Assembly: GCF_963921235.1 (NCBI RefSeq)
Contig: NC_086108.1
Coordinates: 30,258,001-30,322,000 of the forward strand
DNA from: Mobula hypostoma
Lineage: Eukaryota
DNA: 64,000 nucleotides
Reading direction: 5' to 3'
Part shown: positions 22,637-36,369 of the stretch, one piece after another
How the letters are laid out: every line of letters begins with the position of its first letter
Numbering within the stretch: position 1 is the stretch's first letter
Program-made: the position numbers and the translations under genes
The notes under the pieces: model-generated
The model's input: only the letters and a program-made list of their open reading frames with translations
Databases searched by the model: none
What the model was told of the DNA's origin: nothing

Positions 22637-25600
22637 ATGACTAATTTATTGAATTTTTTGAGTTTTAATGTTAACGGGCTTAATGGACCAGTGAAAAGAA
22701 AAAGAATCTTAACACATATTAAAAAAATGGAGATAGATTTAGCTTTTTTACAGGAAACGCACCTAACGGAAATAGAACATCAGAAACTAAAGAGAGATTG
22801 GGTGGGTAGTGTTGTTGCGGCTTCATTTAATTCAAAAGCAAGCGGAGTAGCAATTTTGATCAATAAAACGTTACCAATTAGAATACAAAATGTAATAACT
22901 GATTCTGTGGGGAGATATGTGATTATACATTGTCAACTTTTTTCTGAATTATGGACTTTTATGAACATTTATGCACCAAATGAAAATGATGCAAAATTCA
23001 TACAAGAAGCTTTTCTGAATTTGGCGGATGCGCAGAAGAATCAATCCTAAAGAAAGAGACTATTCGTTGTATTCCCATAGACATAAAACTTTTTCAAGGA
23101 TAGATTTGTTTCTATTATCAATGCATATTCAACACAGAGTGAAAAATATGGAATATAAAGCAAGAATATTATCAGATCATTCCCCTTTATTAATGACAAT
23201 AATAATGTCTGATAAGGAAGAAGTGGCTTATAGATGGAGATTTAATTCAACATTATTAAAACGACAAGATTTTTGTGATTTTATGAAAAAGCAGATTCAA
23301 TTTTTTTTGGATACAAATTTTCATTCAGTGGATGATAAATTTATATTATGGGATGCAATGAAAGCATATCTTAGGGGCCAGATAATAAGTTATACGTCTA
23401 AAATTAAGAAAGAATGTATGGCAGAACTAGATCAATTGGAAAAAGAGATCACAAAAATAGAAAAAGAATCTCAAAGATATATGTCAGAAGAAAAACGAAA
23501 ACAACTTGTCTATAAGAAGTTACAATATTATACGCTTCAGACATATAGAACGGAAAAAGCAATTATAAGAACTAAACAAAGGTATTATGAGTTAGGTGAG
23601 AGAGCACATAAAATTCTTGCCTGGCAGTTGAAAACAGAACAAGCTTCCAAAACAATAAATGCAATTAGAACAAGAGCAAATAAAATATCTTATAAACCTC
23701 TTGAAATAAATGAAACTTTTAAAAATTTCTATTCTGAATTATATCAATCAGAATCCCAAAATGATGTTAATGAGATAGAAAGGTTTTTATCACAAGTTTC
23801 TCTTCCAAAATTGAATTTGGAAGAACAGAAGGGATTAGATATGCCTTTTACATTAAAAGAAGTTGAAGAAGCTTTAGGATCACTCCAAAGTAATAAATCT
23901 CCAGGAGAAGATGGTTTTCCACCTGAATTTTATAAAAAATTTAAGGATTTATTATTTCCTCTTTTTATGGAACTAATAAGTCAAGCAGAAAAAATACATA
24001 AACTTCCAGAATCTTTTTCAACAGCGATTGTAATAGTATTGCCAAAAAAAGACAGAGATCCTATGAAACCAGCATCATACAGGCCTATTTCTTTATTGAA
24101 TACGGATTATAAAATAATAGCAAAAATTTTATCGAATAGATTATCTAAATATTTACCAAAATTAATACATATGGATCAAACAGGATTTATTAAAAATAGA
24201 CAATTGGCAGATAATGTAACTCGGCTACTCAGTATAATCCATTTGGCACAAAAAAAGGATGAGAAGAGTATAGTAGTAGCTTTGGATGCAGAAAAAGCAT
24301 TTGATAGATTAGAATGGGATTTTTTATTTAAAGTACTAGAAAAATATGGGTTAGGAACATCTTTTATAAATTGGATTAAAACTTTAAATTCTAACCCTAA
24401 AGCTAAAGTGGTGACAAATTCTCAAATTTCAACACCATTCCAGTTAAAAAGGTCAACTAGACAAGGTTGTCCACTATCACCTGCTTTATTTGTATTGGCG
24501 ATAGAGCCATTAGCAGAACTAATTAGAATTGATCCAGATATTATGGGTTTTAGAGTTAATCAGGAGGAATATAAAATTAATTTTTTCATTAATTAATTTT
24601 TTAGATGTTTTGATCTATTTAACAAATCCACAACATTCGTTACATAAATTATCTTCTAGATTGGATGAATATGAGAAGGTATCAGGTTACAAAATAAATT
24701 GGGATAAAAGTGAAATTTTACCTCTTACTAAAGGAGACTATAGTCAATGTCGATTAGTAACCCAATTTAGATGGCCGGTAAATGGTATAAAATATTTAGG
24801 TATAAGACTTGATAATGATCAAAAGAATTTATATAAATTTAATTATTTACCACTATTGAAAAAAATTCAAGAAGATCTTGACAAATGGATGATATTACCA
24901 ATAACATTAGTAGGTAGAGTCAATGTTGTAAAAATGAATATATTTCCTAGATTACAGTATCTGTTTCAAACATTACCAATACAATTGCCACAGAAATTTT
25001 TTCAAGAGTTAAATAAATGTGTGAGAAAATTTCTTTGGAAAGGTAAAATGTCAAGAATATCATTGGAAAAATTGACATGTAAATTTGGGTTAGGAGGGTT
25101 ACAACTTCCAAACTTTAAAAGCTGTTATAAAGCAAATCAACTTAGATTTATTGCATCTTTCTTCGATGATCGAAAACCAGCATGGATTAAAATAGAACTA
25201 GACAAGATAGGAGAAAATAGACCTGAAGATTTTATATATAAATGGGAATCTAAATTGATACGGGAAAAGAAAGAATCTCCTATATTAACACATTTGATTG
25301 ATCTATGGAATAAGATAAATGTTGATAATGAAACACAGAAATCTCTATTAGCAAGGAGACCTCTGTTCCAAAACAGACTTATTCCTTTTACAATGGACAA
25401 TCAACTTTTATATAATTGGTACCAAAAAGGGATTAAATTTATAGGAGATTGTTTTGAACGAGGTAAATTGATGTCATTTGAACAATTAAAGGATAAATAT
25501 AAAATATCTAATAATACTTTCTTTTGTTACTTTCAACTAAGGGCTTACTTAAAAGGTAAGCTGGGTCAAACAATGTTATTGCCAAAACCTAATGAAATTG

Positions 25601-26283
25601 AAATTTTAATTCAAAAAGGGAAAATTAAAGAATTTATTTCTTGTATGTATAATTTGATTCAAAAACAGACAATTAAACAAGGAACCCATAAGTCAAAGCA
25701 AAAATGGGAAACAGATCTGAATATTATTATTGATGAAACAAATTGGTCAAGACTTTGTCTTGACAGTATGACAAATACAATAAATGTTCGACTTAGATTA
25801 GTACAATATAATTTTTTACATCAATTATATATTACACCGCAAAAAATAAATAGATTAAATTCAAATTTTTCTGATAAATGTTTTCGGTGTAATCAAGAAA
25901 TTGGTACTTTTTTACATTCTACTTGGTCTTGTTTTAAAATTCAACCCTTTTGGATAAATTTAAGAATCTTATTGGAACAAATTACTGCAATTCAACTTCC
26001 ACATAACCCTGTATTATTTTTATTAGGTGATATTGAAGGGATAAAACCGAAACTTAAATTGAATAAATATCAGAAAGAATTTATAAAAATTGCATTGGCA
26101 GTAGCTAAGAAGACCATAGCAGTTACTTGGAAATCTGATTCGTATTTAAGTATGGATCGTTGGAATAATGAAATGGCTAGTTCTATTCCACTTGAAAAAA
26201 TTACTTATAATTTAAGAGATAAATATGTAACTTTTTTTAATATTTGGCGCCCTTATTTACAAAAGATAGGATGGCATATTTAA
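22637..26283 (+). pseudogene. L1 ORF2 (EN-RT-CCHC), disrupted
   Basis: 140-bp deletion at 23034/23035 relative to copy #3 removes GGDFN; [Y/F]ADD replaced by a frameshifting AT-rich stretch at ~24579-24606. Confidence 0.93.
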
Positions 26284-27100
26284 GTGCTCCGATAAAGACT
26301 TTGGTCACTTGGGGAAAGTAACGAATGATTATACCAAATTCATTTTGAATCCCATGGAGCACGTGGAAACCTTCCAATAACCAGGCGGTTCTTTTCTTTC
26401 TTTTTCTTTTTTTTCTTTTTTTTTCCTTTTTAGGTAGGACTATATATGGCAGGGGAGGGGGGAGGGTAGATTCTTTTTTTCATGTATTTTTGAAAATTCA
26501 ATAAAAATTATATTAAAAAAATATTAAAAAAACAGTGAATTAGTGGCTGAGTAATGGGTGTAGCTTAGTGGGGGTGGGGTGGGGATCAGAGCATTCTATG
26601 CCACTACAGCAAAAGTTGATGACTCACCTTTTCTTACACTGCCTCATCTTACTTAGGAGATTGAGTAGGTAGGTATTGGTGAGTAGGTTCAAGCCCTTGA
26701 ACTTGAAATTGGAGTTGTGTTCTTTCTGTAGGTATCTAGCTAAGAGTGATAACCAAGCAGGTAGAAGAATGATTGGAAATTAGTCGTAAAGGGTGTATTA
26801 ACTATTTTTAATCCACATGTACAACTAGTTATGTTTCTTTATTTGCAAAATCAATATTTAAATTCTGGTTAATTAAATTAAAACTACTCTAATTAAGATA
26901 TTATTGTCAGTGTGCTTTGAGGATCCTTTGTTTTATAACTTGCCCAATCATTACTAATGGTAGAGTTTTGGTTTAAAAAATACAGTTCAGGATTACTAGA
27001 TATATTTGAAGTTGTCTTGAGGCTTTTATTTCATGAATTAACTTTGGCTGTAAAATGTTCTCTTGGACAGAAGAATCAAAGCTTCAAAGAATATTTATTA

Positions 27101-27309
27101 ACGCAAACACGAGGAAATCTGCAGATGCTGGAATTTCAAGCAACACACATAAAAGTTGCTGGTGAATGCAGCAGGCCAGGCAGCATCTCTAGGAAGAGGT
27201 ACAGTCGACTAAGTCTGACAAAGGGTCTGACCCGAAACGTCAACTGTACCTCTTCCTAGAGATTCTGCCTGGCCTGCTGCATTCACCAGCAACTTTTATG
27301 TGTGTTGCT
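27101..27309. mobile_element. Penelope-like pLTR fold-back (inverted pair)
   Basis: Arms ~27139-27207 and ~27241-27308 are reverse complements; TSD AAGAATATTTATTA 27087-27100 / 27310-27323. Confidence 0.8.
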
Positions 27310-27501
27310 AAGAATATTTATTATCAAAGTATGTATGCAGCATATAAACCTGAAATTCATCTTCTCACAGACAGCCAACAAGACAAAGAAAACCATGGAA
27401 CCAGTTCAAAGAAAAAATACCAAACACTTGTTTTTGACCTTTATCTGTCACAAAACCAATTTCTAAAGTTAAAATGTCTTATTTCCATTGGAGCCTAAAT
27501 T

Positions 27502-29610
27502 TGATAGATAGATATGTTCTTGATTCCAAAGGAAATTGCAGTGTCACAGTAGCATTACCAGTGCACAGATGTAAATATTAGAAGATAGGAAGAAAGAATA
27601 AATAAATAAGTTACCTCTAACAGGATAGGGCATCACTTCCTGGCTATAGGTTGACTCATTATAGAGCCTAATAGCCAAGGGTAAGAATGACCTCATATAG
27701 CGCTCTTTGGAGCAGCGCATTTGTCTTGGTCTGTTACTAAAAGTGCTCCTCTGTTCAGCCAAGGTGGCATGCAACGAGTGAGAAACATTGTCTAGAATTG
27801 CCAAGATTTTCCATAAGGTCCTTTGTTTCTACCACAACCTCCAGTGTGTTGAGATTGACTCCTGTAACAGAACCAGCCTTTCTAATCAACTTATTGAGCC
27901 TGTAGGCATCACCCGTCTTGATGGCCCCTAGCACACAACCACATAGAAGATTGTACTGGTGACAGCAGACTGGTGAAGGAGAGGCCTGCATACTCCAAAG
28001 GACCTCAGTTTCCTCAGCAAGTAGAAGTGACTCTGGCCCTTCTTGTACATAACCTCTGTGTTGGTACTCCATTCAAGTCTGTCATCCAGGTATATCCCCA
28101 GGTACTTGTAGGTCCTCACCACATCCACGTCCTCACTATCAAAAGTAACAGGGACCAGTGCAGGCTTAGTCTTCCAAAGGTCCATCACCATCTCCTTTGT
28201 ATTACTAAGATGATTCAGCCTGCACCTTTTAACAAAGTCCTCCACCAGGGCCCTGTATTATCCTCCCGTTCCCCCCTTTATACACCCAACTATTGGTGAG
28301 TCATCAGAGAATTTCTGCAGATGACGTAACTTAGTGTTGTATCTAAAATCCGAGGTATACAGGGTAAACAGGGTAAGAACCAATACAGCCCCCTGTGGGG
28401 TCCCAGTGCTGTTTATAACCATGTCTGACGCACAACTCTGAAGCCGCACATTTGTGGTCTGCCAGTCAGTTGTCTATTATCCAGGATACATTGGAGCACC
28501 AATCTATATTGAATGGGGCTTTTCCCTCAGCAATGAGGTCTGTATGGTATTGAAGCACCTGAGAAATCAAAAAACATGATTCTTTCAGTGCTGCCCTGTT
28601 TATCCAAATGAGAGTAGACTCTGTTCATTAGCTAGATGACAGCATCATCTCCTCCAGTGTGCTTCTTGTAGGCAAACTGCAGAGGATCAGGGGCTGATCT
28701 GACCAGTGGTTGGAGGTGAACCAGGACCACCCTTTCTAGTATAAGCTTGCCTTGCAAACGGAACAAGTGCAACACCTGCCCCTACACCACCTCCCTCACT
28801 ACCATTCAGGACCCCAAACAGTCCTTCCAGGTGAGGCGACACTTCACCTGTGAGTCTGTTGGGGTCATGTACTGTCTTCGGTGTTCCCTGTGCGGCTTCT
28901 TGTGTATCAGTGAGACCTGACGTAGATTGGGAGATGGCGTTGCCAAGCATCTACACTCCATCCGCTAGAACAAGCGGGATCTCCCAGTGGCCACCCGTTT
29001 TAATTCCATTTTGCTTTCCCATTCCTATATATTCATCTGTGGCCTCCTCCACTGTCGGGATAAGGCCACACTTAGGTTGGAGGAATAACATCTTATTTTC
29101 TGTTTGGGTAGCCTCCAACCTGATGGCATGACCATCGATTTCTCAAACTTTCAGTAATGTCTCCCCACCCCCTTCACCTTGTCCCTCTCCTATGTTACCA
29201 ATTTGCCTGCGCATTGCCTCCCTCTGGTGCTCTCCCCCCCCCCCACCCTTTTTCTTTCTTCCATGGCCTTCTGTCTCTTCACCAACCAACTTCCTAGCTC
29301 TTTGTTTCATTCTTCTCCCTCCAAGTTTCACGTATTGCCTGGCGTTTCTCTGTCCCCTCCCTCCACCTTTCAAATCTACTCTTCAGCTTTTTTTCTCCAG
29401 TCCTGCCGAAGGACTTCGGCCCGAAATGTCGACTATACTTTTTTCCATAGATGTTGCCTGCCTACTGAGTTCCTCCATCATTTTTTGTGTGTTGCCCAGC
29501 CTCTCTAGGGTCTTCATTATGTGTGAGGTTAGGACCAGTGGATCGTAGTCATTTAAGACATTCGGTTGGCCCTTCTTAGGTACTGGGACCACGCCAGGCT
29601 GAGACTAACA
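27502..29610 (-). mobile_element. Rex1/Babar-like LINE 3' part, split by a Penelope element
   Basis: Peptides VPVPKK..LTSHIMKTLERL, TGTPQG..LFTLYTSD..QKFSDDS, YKYLG; (TATC)n tail. Confidence 0.75.
28740..29495 (+). mobile_element. Penelope-like element 3' end: GIY-YIG endonuclease remnant and pLTR
   Basis: CKRNKCNTC..FTCESVGVMYCLRCSLCGFLCISET*RRLGD..H; hammerhead-like motif 29399-29434; approximate TSD 28727-28739 / 29496-29508 (2 mismatches). Confidence 0.88.
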
Positions 29611-30029
29611 TTGAAAATTTTTATAGAAATTCTAGAATTTCAAATGATTAAGATTTGTAGATTTTCTCTATTTCCTTCCTGAAATTATTAAATCTTTACT
29701 GGATGGGCATCTAATAATGACATTTATTAATCTTACAAATAGCTTTTCATTTGTCTCTCTGCTTTATTACAACATCTTATATCTATGTCTCACATTGAAT
29801 TTTAGCAAAAGGTGGCACTGACTAATACTTCCATTCCCCAAATGAAGGGTGTTGATGCGAAATGCTGCAGATGCTGGAAATCTGAAATCAAACTGAAAAC
29901 TCCATAAATTCTCAGCAGGTCAGGCAACATCTGTGGAGAGAGAAACAGATTTAATGTTTGAAGTAAATAATCTTTTCAAAGATCTGTAGCAAATTAGAAA
30001 GGAATTTTCTTTAACAAGTAACTTCCCAA

Positions 30030-30658
30030 TGTAGCGCTCAGCTCTACTGGCCCATGTTTATCTAGGAGAAACCTTGTCCACCCGCCAGACTGTGTCTCGC
30101 AGTTTGCATGGTGCTGTGTAATGCCACCTGGTACACCCTCACACATCAATTATCAGACAGCACACAATGTACACTTTACAGATTACACTTTATAAATCTT
30201 ACTCGGACTATTAGATTAATAGAGATACAATATAAAAGAGAAAGAAAAAGGTGCCAGACTTATCGAAGTTCAGCTTCTTCGTGCATACAAGTTGGAGCTC
30301 AAATAACGGAGTCTTCTCTTCACCCTGCGATCCCCTCCGACTCGCTGCTCAGGACCAACCACGGTGGTCGACCAGAGCGCTTCCAGCATGTCCTTCTTCT
30401 CCTCGGTCTCCTCCTGAAAAGCCCGCCCAAACCACACGGTTCCCAGCCATATGAGACAGAATATCACCCACAAAAAGAATAAAATGGACACCCATTGGTT
30501 CATCCTCCCCCCCATCAATAATATGACCCAAATAAGCTGCTAGAAAAGAACCACTGTCTCAGCAGTTAACATTACAGAGAAGCCATTTTAATTACAACAT
30601 AACAAAGAAGCCATTTTGACTAGCCTACGCAGTAACATAAAAGAAGAAACCCCTTACA
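30030..30658. mobile_element. Solo LTR (Gypsy-type 4-bp TSD)
   Basis: TGTA...TACA termini; TSD CCAA 30026-30029 / 30659-30662; patchy similarity to 56224-56819. Confidence 0.8.
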
Positions 30659-31254
30659 CCAACAAAGCAGATCTATTTTGATTTTGGTTGTCTGCTGATA
30701 ACCTCTTTCATGCTTAGTATAAGATCTTGTGTGCAAGTGACCTGAGTATTCCAGTTGTTGGGTACTAAAATTGTGCAGTTATGTGTATTCCTTTCTAATG
30801 TTGAGTTTGGTTTGGAGAGTGGTTGTGGGTTGCGTGGACCATGGTGGTTGCAATGAGGCATCTACAAAATGTATTGCAGTTGCTCTCTGATATTACAGCA
30901 CCTGCAAAAATCTGTACCCTTTACCACTAAAACTGATCAGAGTATGGTTTGGTTGGGAGTACCACCTCCCGCAGTTTCCACTCTAAATTGTATATCATTC
31001 TTATTTGAAAACGTTAGTCCTTCATAATTGCTGGTACTCACTACAAAACAACATTGTAAGAATACTTCCAGTTAATAGACTACAGAAGGCTGTTCACCAT
31101 CACCTATTGAAGGATAATTAGGGATGGGCAATTAATATTTGATTTCCATTAGAGCTTAAGCTCTCATAGAAGCTACAGTGGCAAGCGTATCTGAAAGATG
31201 AATAAATAAAAAAATACAACTATTATATTTGTGATGCCTCTATGACTCCTAAGG

Positions 31255-32813
31255 CAGTGGTCCCCAACCACCGGGCCGCGAGGAAACAATATTATTTGGC
31301 GGTATGAAGCGATATGAGTCAGCTGCACCTTTCCTCATTCCCTGTCACGTCCACTGTTGAACTTGAACGTACACGAGGTCATTACCCACGCGAGGTCATC
31401 AGTTGGTATGAGTAAAAAACAAACGTCGTTTCAGAGTTTCTTTGGAAAAGGTGGAAGAGGACATAAAAGGCCTAACAATGATGATAACGCAGGGACTGCA
31501 AAAAAAAAAGAAAGTTTCCTTCAACAGAAAATACGACGGATCATACATAAAATATGGCTTTATTGCGATCGGTGACTCACACGCTCCAAGCCCCCTGTGT
31601 GTGATATGTGGAGACAAGCGGTCTAATGAGGCAATGAAGTCTTCAAAACTGCTTCGGCACCTTGAGTCCAAGCACCTGCACTTAAAGACAAACCCGTTGA
31701 GTTTTTTGAGAGGAAAAAACGTGAGCAAGCGGGACAGAAGCAAGTGCTGAGAGTAACGACCTCCACAAATGTTGTTGCTCTGAGAGTGTCGTACTTAGTG
31801 GCTATCTGTGTGACATCTTCAACCTGCTCAATGAACTCAGTTTGTCACTTCAGGGGAGAATGCAACTGTCTGCAAGTTGGCAAATAAAGTGTCTGCTTTC
31901 AAAGCCAAACTGGAACTGTGGGGATGGCGAGTGGACAGGGGCATATTTGACTTGTTCCCAACATTAACTGGGATTTTGAGAGACACTGAGGCTGCACCGT
32001 CTTTCTCACAGCCGGTGTGCGATTACGTAACTTCGCTGTTGGCAGAATTCGAGCGTTACTTCCCAACTGCAAATGACCCAAGACATGCAAAGGAATGGGT
32101 CCATGACCCATTTGTGAATGTTCCTTGTGAATCATCCATGTCAGAGTGGGAAGAAGATCAACTCCTCGAGCTTGCAAATGACAGTGGGCTGAAAAGTATG
32201 TTTGACATAACATCTCTGCCGGCATTCTGGATCAAAGTCAAGGCTGAATATCCTGAGATAGCCACGAAAGCACTGAAAATGTTGCTTCCATTTCCAACAT
32301 CATACCTCCGCGAAGCAGGATTTTCTGCAATGATTGCAACGAAAACTAAATTGCGGAATAGACTGGACATAAGGAACCCCCTTCGAGTATCGCTGTCTCC
32401 CATCACCCCTCGATGGGACCATCTTGTTGCAGGAAAGCAAGCCCAGGGCTCCCACTGATTCACTGATATTGGTGTGTTGCAATGATTTTATATGTTCATA
32501 CGAGGAAAATATGCGCTGTGTGTTTAATATCCAAACATTACTTAAAATGTTATGATGCTATTGACTTATAAGTGACTTATAATTTACATCACTATATTCA
32601 TGGGAGGAAAATATGCGCTATGTGTTTAATATTAAATTTGTTAGATAAACCCTTTTAGAAATGAAATTGAGTGTATTATTAACCCCTTATAAGTGACTTA
32701 TAGTTTCACCTATATTCCGGTCGTGATTAACATCCCCCACCCCATCGGCTGATCCGCAAGAATATTCCCAGTATTAAACTGGTCCTCGGTGCAAAAAAGG
32801 TTGGGGACCGCTG
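31255..32813 (+). mobile_element. hAT Charlie/Buster-type DNA transposon, internally deleted
   Basis: TIRs CAGTGGTCCCCAACC / GGTTGGGGACCGCTG; 8-bp TSD TCCTAAGG; BED-finger-like PLCVIC..LLRHLESKH; dimerisation domain FWIKVKAEYPEIA..LLPFPTSYL.EAGFS. Confidence 0.93.
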
Positions 32814-33139
32814 TCCTAAGGTACACAGTTTGCCAGTGCTTGGGCTGCAACACAATTAAAATAATACTTCAGGATGATCACCTGAAGCCTTATCTCTTTT
32901 TCCGTCTTTTCATATGTTGTCTGACTTGAATATTTCTGGCATTTTCTGTGGTAGATTCAGATTCCCAGCATCTTTTTTTTTTCGCTTTATCAATTAATTT
33001 GCTCTTGGATTACCAAAGAATATTGACACAGTATTTAGATGAAAATAAATATCCATGACACCTTTTCTCTGATGCTGACTTGTATCTAAGCTGTGATGGA
33101 TTGAGTATATTACTAAAGGAAAATGATTTTGTTTTCCAG

Positions 33140-33205
33140 TGCATTCCCATAATGACTTCTTGCTTGCGATCCTCACTAGATGTCAGATTATGGTTTCAGC
33201 TCCAG
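33140..33205 (+). CDS. TADA1: TADA1 coding exon (probable exon 3)
   Basis: ttccag| ... |gtaaat; (V)[21 protein letters not shown]; 66 bp, phase-compatible. Confidence 0.97.
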
Positions 33206-33459
33206 GTAAATGGGATTGTAATGGCTTGAGTAAAAATACCCATTAATTCTCTGTTTTAATGCTTATTCTGTCACACAGTCTCCTCACCCTTCTGCATGCA
33301 GACTTCAGACTTCTTGCGCAGTGCCTCCAATTAAAATCCTCACCAGTTTTTTGCAAAGCCCTCATGCTCTTTTCCAATATTCATCTTTCTCATTTGTACT
33401 CCTCCATGCGTGGTCTCTTGAGTTTACAGAAAATTTAAATGATCATACCTGTTTCATTT

Positions 33460-34060
33460 TTTACATATCTGCTGTCACTCCTTCCTGTCCCACCAGAACA
33501 AATCATGAATCCCTAAGTACCTCATCAGCTTCACATTGAAGGGATCCTTCCCTGTAGTTTCTTATTCCTCCAATTTGATACCATCCTCAGATACATCTTC
33601 TCCTTTGCACCTTTCAATATTCTGAAGAGACCTTTTCCACCAGGATGCTCTGGTTTGCTTTTGGATCTCCACCAATACCCACTCCCTCTCACAGCATTTT
33701 CCCACATGACTGCTGGAGATGCAATGTTTATATTTTCACCTGCACGTATCCTGATGTCCCTAAAATTCTTTCGAAGTCAAGTAGCACTTGCGCTACCAGT
33801 TTAGTAAATACCATTTGATGTTCATTGTGTCAATACCTCTACATTTAAAAAAAACAGATTGAATGCAAAGGACCTCTGTTCAATATGAAAGAGATACCCT
33901 CAGTATCCAGTTTTCTTTATGTTTAAAGCTGCATCCCACTTATACAGTTATTTTTGGTTTCTGTAAATAAAACTCAAAACCCTTCAACTTCCACGTGAGA
34001 GCATTCTGGACAATATTGAATTCAACTATTTCACGTAATCAGCTATTCTAGCATTGTGTC
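33460..34060 (+). mobile_element. Old, degraded Penelope-like remnant
   Basis: Faint colinear similarity to the GIY-YIG region at 28740-29160; boundaries uncertain. Confidence 0.4.
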
Positions 34061-34445
34061 TCACACTTACAACTTCCAGTTTTTTGCTTTTTGTGGTAAT
34101 TTCAGGATCATCTTCTGCTAATTACATCTCCCATTTGTCCTTTTTAATGTTCAATAGCCCTTACTACTTTCTATCAGCTGACACTTGTATCATTCAGTAC
34201 TTCCTAGTCTACACTCTTAACACAGAAACAATGCAGTAGGACTTTCCCATATTGTATTGATCAAAGTGGGAAATACGTATGTATAAATTCATTTTGTTGT
34301 TTTTAAATTGCCTTGATTTAATTGAGGTTAAATTTCTGGTGAGAAATTTAAAGTGTGTTAATAGGATAAATTATCAATTATGTTATGCAAAAGCTGCTGA
34401 CCATTCTTTGAAAAATATGACGTCTTTGCACCATTTGTATTTCAG

Positions 34446-34543
34446 AGGGAACATCCTCTCTACTATGGAACAGTCAATCGACTGCTAAACCTGGTAAACC
34501 AAAAAGCAAAAAAAAATTTCCATCTCTTCGGGCGAAATTTGAA
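34446..34543 (+). CDS. TADA1: TADA1 coding exon (probable exon 4)
   Basis: tttcag| ... |gtgagt; (E)GTSSLLWNSQSTAKPGKPKSKKKFPSLRAKFE; 98 bp, ends phase 0. Confidence 0.95.
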
Positions 34544-35265
34544 GTGAGTTATTTTCAACATCAATGAATATTTTCATTTTGGCGACTAAGATTTTACCAT
34601 AAATCTTACTGAGCTCCTCTTAATCAGACATTAGTAATGGAATGCAAGCTAAGAGAGAATGTAGCAGAGTTATGAAAAAAGTAATACAAAATTAGAATGG
34701 GAAAAAGACATTGAAGTTGAAGCAATGAAACAGTAAAATATTTTTCAAATAGATTAATACAGACTTTATAATGGAATTATGACCACTAATGGATAGTTGG
34801 GGCAGTACTATAGGAAATGGTTAACAGAATGCAGAAATAATAAATAATTATTTCTTTCTAATATTTATCATGGTGATAGAAGATTTGGGCATGTTCATTT
34901 CAGCACTCAGTGTTTAACAGAAATGCAGTTAAAATGAAAATGGGATATTTTAAATTTAATATGGATAAAACTAGTTCAACTGAAAAGAAACTGGAGAGAT
35001 TGCAAAGCATCTTATAATATATAAGGTAAAACTATGCTTTCAGATGAACGTTGACTATCTAAAATAATACCTTTTATTCAGGAAGAACGTTAGAACATGT
35101 CCTAATAACTACCTGAATGGTGGGGGGCGTCACGTGATGACGTGGGATTGAGACGTGTAAATCCAGCTCTCCCGCAACAAGTCAGTAAAGTACCGTTTAA
35201 ACAAAACAAAGTTAGTAAATATTTTCTGAAAACTATTTATAAACTTTGTAAGACTACTTTATGAT

Positions 35266-36369
35266 ATGCCTCCTAAACCGCAACAAAAGAAGTCTGCTGT
35301 TGCGAAGCAGCCGCGAGATGGGAAGAAAAAAGAGCCTACTGCAACGACGGAGCCTCGGACTCAGGTTGGATCTCCTTCGGTAGAACAGGGAGCAATGGCA
35401 GTGGTAACGGCTTCTTCGAAGAAGACACCGAAAATGCGCATGCGCAAATCGATACAACGCAAACTACAAGAACCGACAGCCACTGCAATTGAAAATGACT
35501 CAGACTCAGAATCGGATTCTGCAGAGAACACAGATGAAGAAGAGGAGGAAGAATTGGAAGTGATTGGAAATAAAGGAGATGATAGAGACATGAGAGAGGC
35601 TATATTGCAATTAACGGCTGAATTAAGAAAAGTAAGAGAAGAGCTTAGAGATACGAAGATGTGCTATGATAAAGTTATGGCAAGACAGGACAAAATGGAT
35701 AAGAATCTTCAGAAGATGGAAAGAGCAATGGGGCATATGAATGATAGAGTGGAAAAAACAGAAAATGATCTGCTTGTCTGGAATTCGGAAAGAAACCGAC
35801 TCTTGGAGAAAGTGTACATGTTGGAAAATTTTGGTAGACGTAATAATATTAAAATTGTTGGACTTAAAGAAGGTATGGAGGGAGATAAACCAATAGAATT
35901 TTTTCAAAGATGGATCCCGGATGTTTTGCAAATGGAGGAGGAGGTTCGATCAATTGAAATTGAGCGAGCGCATAGAGCTTTAAGACCAAAACCAAAAGAT
36001 GACCAATATCCACGGTCGATTTTAATAAAATTCTTAAGATTTCAAGACAAGGAAAGGATTCTACAGGCAGCTGCTCGAGCTGCCAAAGATAGAAAAGGGC
36101 CATTGATAATTGGAGGGAACAAAGTTTTTTTCTATCCTGATATAAGTTACGAACTTTTGAAGAGAAGGAAGAAATTTAATCCAGTGGAAAAAACCCTATG
36201 GGATCATGGTTATCAATTTACACTGCGTTATCCTGCAACCTTGAAGATTTTTTTGTCTGGAGGAGAAAAAAGATTTTTTGATGATTACCAGAAAGCAGAG
36301 CAGTTTGTGCGAGATTCTCTGAAAATTCACCAGATACAAGAACAAACCCAGGAGAGCGAGATAGATTGA
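35266..36369 (+). CDS. L1 ORF1p, intact 367 aa
   Basis: Colinear with 21051-22154; about 31 aa differences by manual count. Confidence 0.9.
   Translation: MPPKPQQKKSAVAKQPRDGKKKEPTATTEPRTQVGSPSVEQGAMAVVTASSKKTPKMRMRKSIQRKLQEPTATAIENDSDSESDSAENTDEEEEEELEVIGNKGDDRDMREAILQLTAELRKVREELRDTKMCYDKVMARQDKMDKNLQKMERAMGHMNDRVEKTENDLLVWNSERNRLLEKVYMLENFGRRNNIKIVGLKEGMEGDKPIEFFQRWIPDVLQMEEEVRSIEIERAHRALRPKPKDDQYPRSILIKFLRFQDKERILQAAARAAKDRKGPLIIGGNKVFFYPDISYELLKRRKKFNPVEKTLWDHGYQFTLRYPATLKIFLSGGEKRFFDDYQKAEQFVRDSLKIHQIQEQTQESEID

Larger units (their letters stand above)
20910..26530 (+). mobile_element. Full-length L1 LINE #2 (ORF1 intact, ORF2 dead)
   Basis: TSD AACAGTGAATTAG 20897-20909 / 26531-26543; G-rich 3' UTR, AATAAA, A-rich tail. 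Confidence 0.97.

Noticed and set aside
24529..24606. Programmed ribosomal frameshift or micro-intron restoring ORF2
   Set aside because: The shifted frame reads FLDV, so no [Y/F]xDD can be rebuilt, and the stretch has no GT donor
31877..32458. Domesticated ZBED5/SCAND3-like gene
   Set aside because: Retains TIRs and TSD, is internally deleted and frameshifted; a transposon copy
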